NCBI GenBank assembly: GCA_028534125.1
Contig: CM052818.1
Coordinates: 28,274,001 to 28,338,000 of the forward strand
Origin: Lama glama
Taxonomy: Eukaryota
DNA: 64,000 nt
Direction: 5' to 3'
In this document: positions 40,572 to 54,664 of the stretch, in pieces
Numbering within the stretch: the stretch's first letter is position 1
Layout: each line of letters starts with the position of its first letter
Notes under the pieces: generated by a model
Told to the model about the DNA's origin: nothing
What the model saw: only the letters and a program-made list of their open reading frames with translations
Database searches by the model: none
Translations under genes and position numbers: made by a program

Positions 40572-41965
40572 TTTTTTTTTTTTTCCAAAGAAAAAGCTGA
40601 ATTTATTAGCTTTCAGACCCTAGTAAAATTAGATACTACTGTATAGTTAGCTATTATTCATGTGTGTAACTTTTTTTTTAAAAAACTGAATCAAGAAGAA
40701 ACTGACCACTTGAACAAAACGATCACTAGAAATGAAACCAAATTAGCAATAAAAAACCTCTCTACAAATAAAAGTCCAGGACTGGACAGCTTCACCAGGG
40801 AATTCTACCAAACATACAAAGAAGAACTCATACCAGTCCTTCTCAAACTCTTCCAGAAGACTGAAAAGGAGGAAATACTCCCAAACTCAATCTATGAAGC
40901 CACCATCACCCTGATACCAAAACCAGGCAAAGACACCACCATAAAAGAGAATTACAGATCAGTATCTCTAAAGAACATAGATGCAAAAATCCTTACCAAA
41001 ATATTAGCAAATAGAATCCAACAGCACTTAAAAAAGATTATACATCATGATCAAGTGGGGTTCATCCCAGGGACACAAGAGTGGGTCAACATACACAAAT
41101 CAATCAATGTAATACATCACATCAACAAGAGAAAGGACAAAAACTGCATGATCATCTCAACAGATGCAGAAAAAGCACTTGATAAAACCAACACCCATTT
41201 ATGATAAAAACTCTCACCAAAGTGGGTACAGAGGGAACATATCTTAACATCATAAAAGCTATATATGACAAACCTACAGCCAGCATAGTACTCAATGGTG
41301 AAAAACTCAAAAGCTTCCCACTAAAATCTGGGACAAGACAAGGCTGTCCACTATCACCACTCCTATTCAACATAGTCCTGGAAGTCCTAGCCACAGCAAT
41401 CAGGCAAGAGAGAGAAATAAAAGGGATCCAAATTGGAAAAGTAGAGGTAAAAGTCTCACTATATGCAGATGACATGATACTATATATAGAAAACCCTAAA
41501 AGGTCCACACAAAAACTAATAGAAATAATCGAAGAATTCAGCAAGGTAGCAGGTTACAAGATTAACGTTCAAAAATCAGTTGCATTTCTTTACACTAATG
41601 ATNNNNNNNNNNNNNNNNNNNNNNNNNNNNNNNNNNNNNNNNNNNNNNNNNNNNNNNNNNNNNNNNNNNNNNNNNNNNNNNNNNNNNNNNNNNNNNNNNN
41701 NNAATGCAGTCCCTATCATATTACCCACGACATATATCACAGAACTAGAACAAATCATAGTAAAATTTATATGGAACCACAAAAGACCTAGAATTGCCAA
41801 AGCATTACTGAAGAAAAAGAAAGGGGCTAGAGGAATAACTCATCCAGAATTCAGACAATACTATAGAGCTACAGTAATCAAAACAGCATGGTATTGATAC
41901 AAAAACAGACATATGGACCAATGGAACAGAACAGAGAGCCCAGAAATGAACCCAAAAACTTTTGG
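40572..41965 (-). mobile_element. Complex young L1 insertion: T13, 86 nt of non-L1 sequence, T9, then an inverted (plus-strand) ORF2 RT segment at 40681-41965
   Basis: ORF2 peptides at 40662-41204 and 41201-41791 include [10 protein letters not shown] and YADD. The 16-nt TSD is at 40558-40573 and 41962-41977 (2 mismatches). Minus-strand AATAAA is at 40602-40607. Confidence 0.85.
41603..41702. other. Assembly gap (100 N) inside L1 ORF2
   Basis: Run of N. Confidence 0.99.
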
Positions 41966-42279
41966 GTGTGGAGTCTTGACAGAGGCAAGTAGAGGAATTG
42001 TTTTCTGCTTTGTTTATGTTGCGATTCCAAAGGGAAACTCAAATGTAACTTGATCTAAGTTCTTGCCCTCTACTTAAATCAAGAAAAATTGCCTAGTTAA
42101 ACTGTTTTATCTAAAAAACAACAAAAACCATACTCTCAAAACAACCAAAATTCCATCTAAACTTGTACATGGTTTAATTAACTCCCAGAGAGTTATTAAG
42201 AATCATTATATAATAGGTAACACCTCTAGACACAAGAAACAGAATAAAAATAAAGTTACTGCTCTAGTAGATTCTAGAA

Positions 42280-43040
42280 CTTGGTGGAAGTGCAGTAGGC
42301 AAAACGAGGATAACTAAAATAAACAGCAAATTTCAGATGGTGAGAATCTATGAAGACAGTGAAAGAGGCTGCTGTGATAGCAAATTGGGTTGAGAACATG
42401 TTGCTTTTAAAAAGTATGTAAGGAAAGTCTTTGTTGAGGAGATGACAAATGAGCTTTGAGTGCGTTGGGGAAAAGAAGGCTCTTTTTATGAGAAGATCTG
42501 GGAGAAGAGCTCGCTATGCAGAGAGAGGTAAGAACAAAGATCCCAGAACAGAAACAAGCTTAATGTGTTTGAGAAAAAGAAAGGATACCAGCTTGGTTGG
42601 ACATTGGAGCAATGAGATGAGGAGTAAAAAATAACATTATAGTAGTAAGCAGATTCTTATTTCCAGGACCCCATAGCCTTGATATGTATATTAGAAGGCT
42701 CTAAGCAAAAGAGAAACATGATTTATTTAAAAGAGATTTTTCTTGCACAGTTTATAGAAAATAATTGTAGAGTAAACACACAGAGATCAGTTAGGAGGCT
42801 ACTGAAGTAACTCATCAGAGAGACGAAGGAGGTATAGACTAGATAAATGGTGACAATGAAGATGAGAAAAAATGGTCCATTTTGAGATACACTTTGGATA
42901 TAGAATTGTCAATATTTGCTAGTTGATTAGATACAGAAATTGAAGCAATGAGAGAAATCAATAATTAATTGTAAGGTTTTAAATTAAACAAGTGTAAGTT
43001 TGGTGGTGTCATTTAGTGAAATGGGAAAAAAAGAGGAATA
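42280..43040 (-). mobile_element. L2 fragment
   Basis: AATTTCAGATGGTGA...GAGATCAGTTAGGAGGCTACTGAAGTAA...GGTGGTGTCATTTAGTGAAATGGGAA. Confidence 0.7.
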
Positions 43041-44664
43041 CAGAATTGGGGAAGAAAAGTCTGATTAATTTTATAGCATCAAGAGTAAATGACACATTGA
43101 CAACTGACTATTTTGTCACAAGTCACACACTAATGGATAGTTAAATTGGTCCTTAAGGTACAACAAAAGAGAAATTCCATTTATTCAGTCAGATATAAGA
43201 TGGGTTTCCAGTCTCATGATTCCAGTGCTCATGACTCAATTGTAATTTAAGGATAACTGAAGGTTCTAGTCTGTGATACAGCATGGTAACATAAACAGAG
43301 ACACCTCCTACATTAAGAGACGGATTCATATATTTTTGCATAAAATGCAAGAAAAGATAGTTTTTAATACAGATCACAACTTCATCAAAAGGAACTGTAC
43401 CAGACACCAAACATAAGAATTCTTGCCTCTACAAAGAGGCCAAATGCATACATAAATTTGCATTGGAGGATGCTTATGTAGGTCCTTGATTTATAGATAA
43501 ACACTAATAGAGTTGAATCTCAAAAATTTTAAACAAAAAGAGACATTTATTAAAAACATTCATGTAACATGATACCAATAGATCAGATTTTGAAATATAG
43601 AAAAACATTGCATATTCTTTAGATATATACATCTGTCTGAAAAAATTATATAAACACATGGCATGGTAAATAAATACGGATTATCAAGATACTTTCTACT
43701 TGTTTTTCTGAAGGTGCTAAAGAAGAATGTAACCAGGAGATGATATAATAGAGCAATTGGAATATATTTGTAATATTTTATTTTCAAAGATGAAAATTTG
43801 TCATGTCTTGGTGTGTCAGAAGATCAATTGTGTTTTACTTAAGAAACAACAAAAACCGTACACTCAAAACAATCAAAATTCTGCCCTCTCTTTGGAGGTA
43901 CATAAAGCAGGACACATTTTGTTTACAGAAGAACAGCAGAAGCTAGCTTAATGAATCTTGAAATATGCCCGTCAAATGCTGAAAAGGAATGTGTGTGTGC
44001 ATGATCTGTGAAACACAGAAATGTTTTGTGTCATGATTTATGGCAATACAGCATAAAACTCTAAAATCTCAGGACTTCGTATTTATATAGCATTAAGCCC
44101 CACGATACCTGCCTTCTACCTAGACAGAGCCGATTATTCTTTACTGTAATTCACTTTCCATTGCCAGCATATAACTCCTTTATCAATCACACATGATTTA
44201 TCTGCTTCTTGATTCGAATCACTGTGGTTTACCTGGTCCAGGTGACACAAACTAGATTTCAGAATGAAAATCTATTATTCTCTGTGAAGCAGATATTAAA
44301 GGATAGAAGAAAAGTGAAATTATTCTGGAGAAAAAGAAGTGAAAATGGAGATGGAATAGTAGTATATTTTCTAAGGAACAGTTTGCTTTGTGTAGATCAG
44401 GAGGAAAATTAAATATTTGGAAAACTGTTATTTTAAATTATGCATCTACCTTCAAAACCACTGTGGAAACCAAATGGCCTTGTCATACACTTGAGAGGCC
44501 CTTCTTCATGTGATCACATGTCCCTATCAGAAGAAGTTTAAGAAAGCAGAGTATCTATTCAGGCCCCACTCACCAGCAGACACACGGTCTGCTGTAGAAA
44601 GCCAGGACCAGAAGCAGGAGCTAGTTTCTAAAAGTAGCCTTCTTTTGGAGTTTAGGGTGAGAGA

Positions 44665-45097
44665 CAATGGAACAGTGACCAGATCATGTGAAAAATAGAA
44701 CTATGAGCACAATCCTGTAGCCACTATTCTGGGAAGTCAAACTACAACTACTGTAGCAATTTTTCCCAAATATTCAGGACTTGGTCAGCGACTGCCAGCT
44801 TCCCAAATTTTTATTCCCTCATCCTTACTTTCAATCAGAGAAAACCAAATATGCTCCCTAGGATGCTGAATCTCTAGTTAGCCCACCTCTAGCTTACCCA
44901 TGTCAGCATCCTGCAATCTAGGCATACCTGAAGGGTTACTTTTCTTCCCCCATTGCAAAGCTTTCCCATCCCCCGGCCTACCTTTGACTCTCTGCCAAAC
45001 ACAAGTGATGGTGGCTGATTTTGTTGCTATAGCAAGCTCTGAATAAACAGGTTATGTACTGTACATTCTCATTTAGATGGTCATTGCTTCTTTCCAC
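44665..45097 (+). mobile_element. Solo LTR (MER54/73/74-like ERVL)
   Basis: AAAATAGAACTATGAGCACAA...TCAGGACTTGGTCAGCGACTGCCAGCTTCCC, with AATAAA at ~45042 and a TTTCCACA end. Confidence 0.6.
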
Positions 45098-46034
45098 AAG
45101 AGACAGTACGCATCCATAGGTGTTCCCCCGCCTTCTTTTCTCCTTTATTTGAAGGAGCAAGTAGGAACTGATAACTCAATGACGATTATTTAAAACAGAT
45201 AGTAAGGCATTTAGGAGGAGATTTAGGAAATTGCAAGACCAAAAGAGTAGAGATTTCTAAAAAGGAAAGGGAGACTAACCATGCTAATTCCCTCAAAAAG
45301 GTAAAATAAACTGACATAGGAGAAAGAACATTGGATTTAGCATTTCATAGGCCATTATTGAACTTGAAAGAGCAATTTCAAGTGCAGTGGAAGAGAGGGA
45401 AAGCAGAATGCAAACAAAGCGAACTGTAAAAGAAGTGTGGTGGCACTAACTGTAGAAATGTTTATAAAAAAACAAGTACAGATTTGAAAACGAACAGAGT
45501 ACTTAGTGTGTTGTTTTAGGATGGTGCAACACAAAGACTTAGGTATTGTTACTGAAGAGGTGAGAGATGAAGATATTGGATTGGAGTGGAGTTAGAGAAA
45601 GAATAAACAAGAGAGTTAGAGACAAGAAATATGAAAATAATGCCAGGCATAAATTCAGAGAATACTTCCTGCTAGAAGGGAGTAATATAAGAATTCAAAC
45701 CAGGCAAGGGAAAAGAAAAATAGATGTTTACATCAGCAAAGACCTTAGAAGGATTCAAATCCCATTATGTAATTTAGCAGATGACATTATAGAAGCTCAG
45801 AGATTCATAAATGAAATAGGCAGTTAAAGATGTTGGAGGACACCCAGGATAAAAGGGGTCAAAGGATCCTGAGTAATAACATATTTTTTAGCATTACCTA
45901 TTACCAGTTCAAACTCTAAATTGTTATGACAGTTTCAGAATTATTTTAGACAAAACTAGCTCATTGTTTAACTGAGTAACTGCTTTTTGAAATGAGGGCA
46001 AGAGGACTTAAGGAAGAAAATGTCTCTTAAAAAA

Positions 46035-46230
46035 TCAGGCTTTGAAGTTAGACTAGACTCCCATTTTTAAATTCCTACTCTGCCATTTACTGTCAGTGTA
46101 ATTTTAGGCAATTATTTAAAACTCTAAATCACAATTTCTTCCTCTGGGAAATGAGAATTGCAATGCTACCTATCAGGATAAAAAGAGTTAATGTAAGTAA
46201 AGTTTTAGCGTCGCATCTGGCTCAGAGCGG
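46035..46230 (+). mobile_element. MIR SINE
   Basis: GGCTTTGAAGTTAGAC...CTCTGCCATTTACT...GGCAAATTATTTAA...TTTCTTCCTCTGGGAAATGAGAAT. Confidence 0.75.
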
Positions 46231-46384
46231 ACAGTAAAAAGGAAGAAATGCTTTTATATTTGGATAAAATATATTAATACTGTTCACCTGATTATTGCTT
46301 AGCAGCTGTAAATACAACATACATACACACATACATGCATACATATACATATACATGCATCTCAAAAAGCATGTAAGAGAGAAA

Positions 46385-46520
46385 GTGTAGGAGTTATTTT
46401 TACCATTTGATATAAGAGGATGTTGAAGGTACTAGGACATTAAGCAATTTGTCCAGGTCTGATACTGAATAATACAAGCAGAACTCAAATTCAGGACTTC
46501 TGATTTTCTGAGGTCCAGGA
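46385..46520 (-). mobile_element. MIR SINE fragment
   Basis: TTATTTTTACCATTTGATATAAGAGG...TTAAGCAATTTGTCCAGGTC...AACTCAAATTCAGGACTTCTGA. Confidence 0.6.
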
Positions 46521-47957
46521 AGCCTTAGATTCCTGGATAGGCTTATGAGGTTGCATTCCTTCAAGAAATTGGGGCATTCTTTCAGTGGGTCTAGAAAGCT
46601 CTTCATTAAGTTTTAAAGAAATAGCTAGAGTGAGGGCCAAGATTCTGCTTGGGAGTGTTCACACCTGAGCCCAGACATACATATATTCCTGTACCTTCCA
46701 GCTCAGAAGGACTTCCTCTTTTACAGACGATAAAAAATGTCTCTCCCAATTTTTAGTAGGAGAGCTCCTGAGGCCAGGTACTCTGACTAGTAATCTTATC
46801 ACTACACAATCTCTGTATTATTTGTCAAATTTAATATAGAAAATAGGTCTTGCTGAAATAACTTGCCATGAAAATAACTGACAAGAAATTGAGAACAGGA
46901 GTCTAAATGAAAAAATGTTACTCGTGTCTACAATTTTACATATTTATCCCTTTAAATGTTTGCCATCTTTTAAAGGAGGTTCTTGTCCATTTATGACTGT
47001 CATTTATAGTTTATTTATTCCTAACCTATAAACATTCTGCTGACACATGCCTATGGCACTGTTCTTTATGTTATAATTTCATACATATTTTACAAAAATA
47101 AGAAAAATGTACAGTTACTGAATAAATCCATTTAGAACATTTTGTAGCATCTATATCTTGCATATTACCCATTGTATTTCTAAAACATTTATATAAAGTA
47201 ATTATGATTTTCTATAGATTATAAATAAAATATATTTGAAACATCCAAAGAATATACAAGTTTATTAATAAATATGAAAAATAATTGCTATGGCATGACT
47301 TTACATGTTGAGTGTTATTTGCATATTTAAAATATAATTTATGTTTTCCAATATAAGAATTGTGATGATATATACTCTTCAGCTTGCTACCCTGCTAAAT
47401 TATTTATTCCTATCTACAGGAAGTTGTATGAAGAAGCACCCATCATGGGCATGGAATAAGGACTTCAATTATCGTACCTGAGGGCTGCTATAAAATATTT
47501 TACAAAAAATGAAAATAAAGGGAAAGGAAATTTCTCCTATAAGGTTGAAACATAGTGGAATACAGGAAAGATATGCAAGGCCATTAAAAGAGACAAATTC
47601 TACGTAGGTAGAAATTAGTTGTAATTTGACTGAGGGCTTAAAATATTTAGAGAAAGAATATGTTATGCACCAGGCTAATTGGCTTATTTAGAATACAAAA
47701 ACGAAAATCCTTTGAGGTATGGGCTGAATCTAACTAGGCATTATTTAGAACACAGAGACAGCCCTGGTTGAAGCACTTAGCCTGTATTGCCCCCAGAAAA
47801 TGTATATGCTTACCGGAGACATAACATATACCTTATTATCTTAGCCTGAGATAAATATCTAAATTATATAACTAACCCCCAAGGCTCTAAGTCCAAGGTT
47901 GAAAAGCAGCCTTCTGCTGTTTAATTTTCTTGTTGAATGCTTGCAAGAGTTTTTGCT

Positions 47958-48282
47958 TGACACTATCCAGTTTGGTGGTCATTAGCCGTATGTTGGTAAT
48001 GACCACATGAAATGTGTCTAGTCCAAGTTGAGATGTGCGGTAAGTGTAAAATACACATTAGATTTCAAAGACATAGTACAAACTTTCCATAACTATCTTA
48101 ATAGTAACGTTTTCTTGATTGCATGTTAAAATTATTGTATTTTTACATGTTATGTTAAATAAATTACAGTATTAAAATTCATTTCATCTGTTTCTTTTTT
48201 TTAATATGGCCTCCAGAAAATTTAAAGTTACATACAGGGCTCCCATTTTTGGATTGTATTATACTTATTTTGGACGGCACTG
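47958..48282. mobile_element. MER33/MER3-like hAT-Charlie MITE
   Basis: TGAAATGTGTCTAGTCCAAGTTGAGATGTGCGGTAAGTGTAAAATACACA, with a terminus TTGGACGGCACTG. Confidence 0.8.
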
Positions 48283-51200
48283 TTCCATACAAACAGAGAA
48301 CACTAATATCCATTCCCTACCCTATCTATATTTTATATATTAGTTACGTGGCATTCTTATTGTAAATAATTTCATAGGCAGATCTGGCTATAAGATGAGA
48401 GCAGCTGGTCATATGGATTCAAATGTTTGGTTCCTTCACAACTTAAATTTCTCATTGAATATTTAAAAAGCAACATTTTGATTTTATACATTAGTTTCAT
48501 ATAATTCTTTCACCTGAATCTGCCTTTGAGACGGACATCTACTCTTAGCATGCTGAGGAATCATATCTGAGTTTGCACAACTAAAGGTCAGATCTTAAAC
48601 TACAATACACTGACTACAATTATGCAACAGGATCGGCCTTTTAGAAGACAGCCAGCTGGCCAGAGTCATCCAACTAGAAATCACATCTTCTGTTTTGTGT
48701 GTGTTTATGTGTGTATACTCTTCAAAATTTGTTACCATTTTCTAAAATTATATATCTTATTCTATAATTAACTTTATATTTCATATTTTTTATGAAGCTT
48801 AGGCATAAATATATTTCAAAAGTTATTTTTCTGAGTCCCACATACAGTTGTGGCTGCCAAGAAGTCAGCTGCTTGTTTTAATCTTTTAAATACTTTAACT
48901 GATTATGTTGGTATTTGCCTGTTTCTCTAAATAACATGCCTAAGTTGCTATTTCTTTACTTTTCAGTTTTAGTCACTAGCAATGAAACTTGAGATTTTTC
49001 TTTCATAGATTTTTACCCCTCCACACATGCACACAGATATATGCTTACTCCTTATGCAAACCTGTTTCCCATTTTGCCATCCTCCAAAGACAGTTATGTT
49101 GTAATTTTGGTGAGATTATAATTCACAAAGGAGTGGAAGCTAATGCATGTGTTCAACTCACTGTATTTAAGGAGTATCTGAGTGAGATCTTTACACTTAA
49201 ATAAAAAAATCAGAATGTGAATTTAGGGGCATTACTGCTAAGTGAGTAACCAGGGTCAATAGCCCACTGGGTGAGAGGCATCAATGAAAAAGCATCACAT
49301 GTCTTAATCACCCCTCCACACACTTCTCTCTCACCTGTCCAATTATTCCCCTATGACCTTGCTAATAAAGACCTAAGGTTGGGATTTTCTGCCAACATTT
49401 TAGAAGATGAGCATGTTAATGGAAGATTCGTGGAAAAGGCAGAGTTTCAGGGCAGCCACACTTTTCACTGAACATAGGCCTGCTTATTGTATAAGCAGTG
49501 AGGTAAGATGTGCAGGAGGACAGTTCTCTAGGTATCAAGATCAGCATGTCAAATCTGATGATAAACTGGATGAGATGTAAAGACAGATGGCTCTTCCTCA
49601 TATCCCTTCAAAGACAGCAAGGCCTTGGACAAGTGAAGAGTGGAGGCAAAAGGCTTTTCTGGTAGGGGTACCAAATACGGGCAAGTGCATGGAAGCAGCA
49701 AGTCATAGAACATGTTCAGGGAATGAGGAGTTTCTGAGACTGAGAAAGATAAGAAAGTTTGTATCAGGGCATCAAGAGAGATAGAGATATAGAAATAGAA
49801 TCAAACAAGCAAAGGTGAGGAAAAGGTCTGAGAGAATATCAAATTCAAATTTCTTTCCAATGTAGATATTCCTTCTAACTCTTCTATAGCTTTAATATTC
49901 TGAATAAGGGCCGCTCTGTTTTGAAGACCTCTATTCTATTCTATTCTAGCAGGAACCATATTTTGCTTATGTTTTTTTATAGTAGAATTTTTCTTTCTTT
50001 TATTAAATTATTGAGGCCCAGGTAGTAGAGTATTAAACACAAAATTAGGGTGTTTGAATTGTTTCTTTAAGAAATGGGGAGTCACAGAAAACATGAAACA
50101 ATGGCATGGTTTTTTCTAGAATATATGTTGTAGATGGTACATAAATTAATTTGGAGGTGTAGATGAGGGATACCCTTGAGAGAACAGTTTACAAAATATT
50201 TTGGTTATCTTGGTGTGAAATAATGAAGGTCATGCCTTAAGAAAAAGGCAGAAAAATGGTGGAAGAAAGAAGAAACTAGAAATGTATGTAATATAGTAGT
50301 AAATAACAGGGAATAACAAGAGTATAGAAATTAAAATTTGATCCAAAGAAACAAGTCTAGCTTAATAAAAGTATTTTAACTTGTATAAAAAAGATGATGA
50401 GTTTTAGTTTTGAAGTGCTGAATCTGAACTCAAAGTGGAATATAAAAGGGGGTATACAGGAAACTGATTTTCACTCACCCTTGGCCCACTGCAGCCAAGC
50501 ACACATGAAGCCCAACTAAATCTGGCTATAGGCTGAGAAAAATTGGGAAATTATATCAGTGAATTTTAAAATTCTGCATAATTGGTAAGTATTTAATTCT
50601 GATCAAATAATGTTATTTTTTATTATTATTATTCTTGGTTTCTTTGTGGGCCAGTGGCAATGCAGACAGTACTCCTTAAGCATTTATTAGACCCTCAGTA
50701 ATTCTATTGAAAGAAAAGAAGAAAAGATAGAAAAAAGAAAAGAAGGATTGAAGACAACTAGATAATCAGATTATCAAACAATCGAGTTTATGGTTAAAAT
50801 GAGGAATGAATGCATAGAGTAAGTAAGAAAGCAAGCTGTCCTGCTTTTACAATATCTTTGTATGATGATATCTTTGTCAGGGTCTACTTTGATCACAAGG
50901 ACTTAAGAAAATGAGAAATTTTTTCTCTTTACAAAGAAGTTGAGGACAATATTAATAGACATTCTTCTAGGCCTCGCTATATTCTGTTTCTTGTTGCAAC
51001 TGAATACAGGCATACATGGCTTGCATTGTATAAAAGACTTGCAGAGAAATCTATCTTCTGCAGGCCTTCTTTTTTCTTTTTAGAATGGAACAATGTTCCG
51101 ATACAGCCATTAGTTTTATGGTTGTTAGTATAGAACAGGAATATTTGTCAAAGGCAGACTGTGCTGCTTAAATGTGTATTGAGGGGAGACTTGGGAATCC

Positions 51201-52109
51201 TTGACATGGGCATTCATCTAGAACACTCTGGAGGAAATCTGCTTTGACAACTAAAACGAACTGTATTGTTCTGATAAGCAATTGTTTAACTCCATAGGCA
51301 AGTGGTCTACCATTTTATTATAATAGAAAAAGGATATGTGTTAGAGCAGTCATCTTTAAACTTTTTCTTTTTTGTTGGTTACATGGGGTTGTTTCAGATA
51401 AAGTACTAATAGGTGGTTATTTGTCAATGTGGTTCTGTTTTGTTTTCCCCTGCTTTAAACTCAAATTCATTAAATTAGTGATATGGAGGTCTAGGATGGG
51501 ATAGTTGGTTGGTAAAAATCTAAGGAATGTCATTGCCCAAATTAACTTTTTTTGCTTGAATTTGGTTATGAAGAGATGACATATTACACAAAGGGCATAC
51601 AGCTCTTCTAGGGGCAGAACTTGCTGTATGCTCTTAGGCAAGAATAGCATTCTCATAACCTAATGATTTAGGAATGATAGCTTTATGCACAATTTCAAAA
51701 CCAGCAGAGCGAAGTTCTGAAGTAAGGTAAATTGATAATGGAAGATTTAGAATTGTTTGGACAATTCTTCTCTTGCCCATCAATGGGTAAATAGCTTGCC
51801 AAATTCAGTGGTTCTCAGTCTTCTTTCTCCTTCACATCTCTTTAGTTCTTAGGCTGTTTGACTGGCTTTTAATTTCTCTCCCTAATTTCACGGAACTAAG
51901 TGTCTGTAATGATACTTCATTATACTTGTTCTCTTTTAGACTTATGGGCAGCTTATACCTTTATTCTTTCTCAGTTCCACTTATACTGCATAGTCCTTAA
52001 ATCTCAAAAAAAAAAAAACCCATAAGAATCTGTTTTGCTACCAGTAATTATTGCTGTGAGAGGTAATTCACTGATGTATAATTAACTACTATAAATATAT
52101 ACAGTAAAG

Positions 52110-52305
52110 GTATAATATACCTTTAAATAGTGTATATACATAATATATACATACATATATCATATATATTGTATATATATTATATAAAATACATAAATAT
52201 TTTAAAATATAAAGCAATATTGTTTAAAATATGTAAAACATATATGGTAGATAAATACACAAAAATGCGTGTGTGTGTGTGTGTGTGTATGTATGTATAC
52301 ATATA
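52110..52305. repeat. Low-complexity TA-rich tract and (TG)n microsatellite
   Basis: Seen directly. Confidence 0.9.
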
Positions 52306-53364
52306 TCCCCAAAATAAAACTGTATTTTGACTTCTTTCTGGATATAAATGGAAACTCAACTCTGTCAAAATACTTTTGATCATCCTTTCCTTATTCTGCT
52401 AGTCCACCTATACTCTTAACTGGAAACACTTCAAAAAAGGTGAACTAGCTTGGTTCTTGAGAATTGCCACTGAGTTTAGTTTTCCACTATAATTACTGAG
52501 CTCAGAAATTATACTTGCTGAGCTCAGAGAGTAAAACCTATCTAAACCATTTAAATATTTCTACCATCGCTCTATCTTCAAAAACAACTACTGTAACTGT
52601 GTGCATATGCTAAAATTAGTTCAGAGTCTCTTCCTGAGTTATACATATTCTTTATAGAGCAACAATGACGTTTTACAATGTGTAATAACAGATCTCCGTG
52701 TCTTTTATTTGGAACCAGATGTTAAACACCTCTCTGGATGGTTTTAACTACAATGAGTAAGTCTAACATGAAAGTGCCCCCTGCAGAAACACAATCTAAG
52801 ACTGAGGAGAAATGTCTTTTCCTACCAAGCTGTACCTACTAAGATGAAATCTGTAGTAAAAGATCTTCACATAATTCTCACACAATTCCATTATTGATAT
52901 TTTTGTTTCGGTTGCAGGTTTTCTCTAACTTTTCCATCAAAATGTTCCCAAAAGCCTGGGAGTTTGAACGTGTTTCAGGGAGTGTAAAGGCAGAACCTGA
53001 AGCAGCTCAACACAAACAACTGTCTTTGAAGTCACACATTTTCACATTTATCTTAAACCTTCTTCAGAAATGGGCATTCTATTTTATAAGGTATCTATTT
53101 CCTGAAAATAAATGAATGCTTTAAATTATTTAGTATTGAGTGAGATTGATTATATAGACAGATTTGCTGTGTTTATGTCAGCAAAGTATCATATGCCCTT
53201 AGACATATGAATACACAACTGGGAACCCCAGCTTGAGAGCACTCTAATGAGAAATACAGTATCAATAAAATCACTGTAAATGGTGGTCAGAAGAAAGTAC
53301 TCTTCTTGAATACGTCAGCATGGATTTTATCAAAAAGAATTCAAAATTTGCTTTAAGTTTTTGT

Positions 53365-54370
53365 TGCTTTTCGTGTAAAATTTGTATACAATGAAATACA
53401 TAGATCTTAAGCATACATTCACCAAGTTTTAAAAAATACCTTTAAAAAATACCTCTGCAATCCACAAACTCCTATCAACTTTCAAAACAGTAAACTCACC
53501 CCAGTGTCTCCTCATGTTCTCTTCTCCATCCGAATACCCTCCTGACACTACTGTTTTTATTTTGTCAGGCATTATTTTGCCCATTGCAGATTTTCACATA
53601 AATACAATCATATTGTTAGGGGTAAAGCATCTTACATTTAGTGCAATATGTCTGAGATTCATCTGTACTGCTATGTGTATCAGTGATTTTTCCCCCTTTA
53701 TTACTGAGTAGTATTCCGTTGCATTTGTATATCAAGTATATTTATGAAATTCTCTTAGGAATGGACATCTGGACTGTTTTCTATTTTGGTTGTTAAATCT
53801 GCTATGAATATTCTTGCACAGTATTTTTGAGGACACCTCTTGTAATTTTTTTGAGTAAATATCTGGGTGTGGAATTTCTGGGGGAGAGGGCTGGTGTATG
53901 TATACCTTCACAGAAATTTCCAGAACATTTTGAAAAGTGGTATATGATTTTGTATTTGCACAAGTGTGACAGCTCTATTGTTCCACATGCTTGCCAACAT
54001 TTAGTGTTGCCATTCTTTTTGATTTTGGCATTCTGTTGAGTATAGTATCATTATGGCTTTAATTTGCACTTACCTGATGACTAGCATATCTGAACACTTA
54101 TTTATGTGCTTGTTCATTATTTATACATCTACTTAAGTGGAGTCTCTTCAAACCTCTTGCTCATTTTTATTGAATTATTTCCATTTTTAATATTGAGTTA
54201 TAGGAATTCTTTATGTATCATAACAGTAGTCTTTTGTTAGAGAAATGTTTTCTAAATATTTTCCCCATCATAGCTTATTTATCCTTTTATTCATATTACA
54301 CTTTGGTGAATAAGTTTTTAATTTTAATCAAGCCTAGTTATCTGTTTTTCTTTTGCTTAGCTTAGACTTT
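53365..54370 (-). mobile_element. Old L1 3' end (L1MC/ME-like)
   Basis: AATGAAATACATAGATCTTAAG...TTATTACTGAGTAGTATTCCGTTG...TTCCACATGCTTGCCAACATTT. Confidence 0.8.
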
Positions 54371-54371
54371 T

Positions 54372-54660
54372 GCCTCATGCCACGCATAAAAATTAATTCA
54401 AAGTTGGTTGATCAAAGATCTAAATATATGAACTAAAACTCTAAAACATCTTGGAGAAAACATAGCAGAACATTTTCATGACCTTGGGTTAAGCTAAAAG
54501 TTCTTAGATATGTTTCCAAGTGCACAATCCACTTTTTAAAAATGACAAATTGAACTTCATCAAAATTAAGAACTTCTACTCTTTGAAAAACTATTAAGCA
54601 AATAAAAAGATAAACCACTTGGGAGAAATTTGCAAATCACATAACTGGTGAATTACTTGG
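54372..54660 (+). mobile_element. Old L1 ORF2 fragment
   Basis: AAAATTAATTCAAAG...GGAGAAAACATAG...TTCATCAAAATTAAGAACTTCT. Confidence 0.75.
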
Positions 54661-54664
54661 GACA

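Noticed and set aside
40662..41897. Reverse transcriptase (YADD) ORFs as a novel RT system
   Set aside because: Ordinary L1 ORF2 fragments with a frameshift near 41190 and stop codons.
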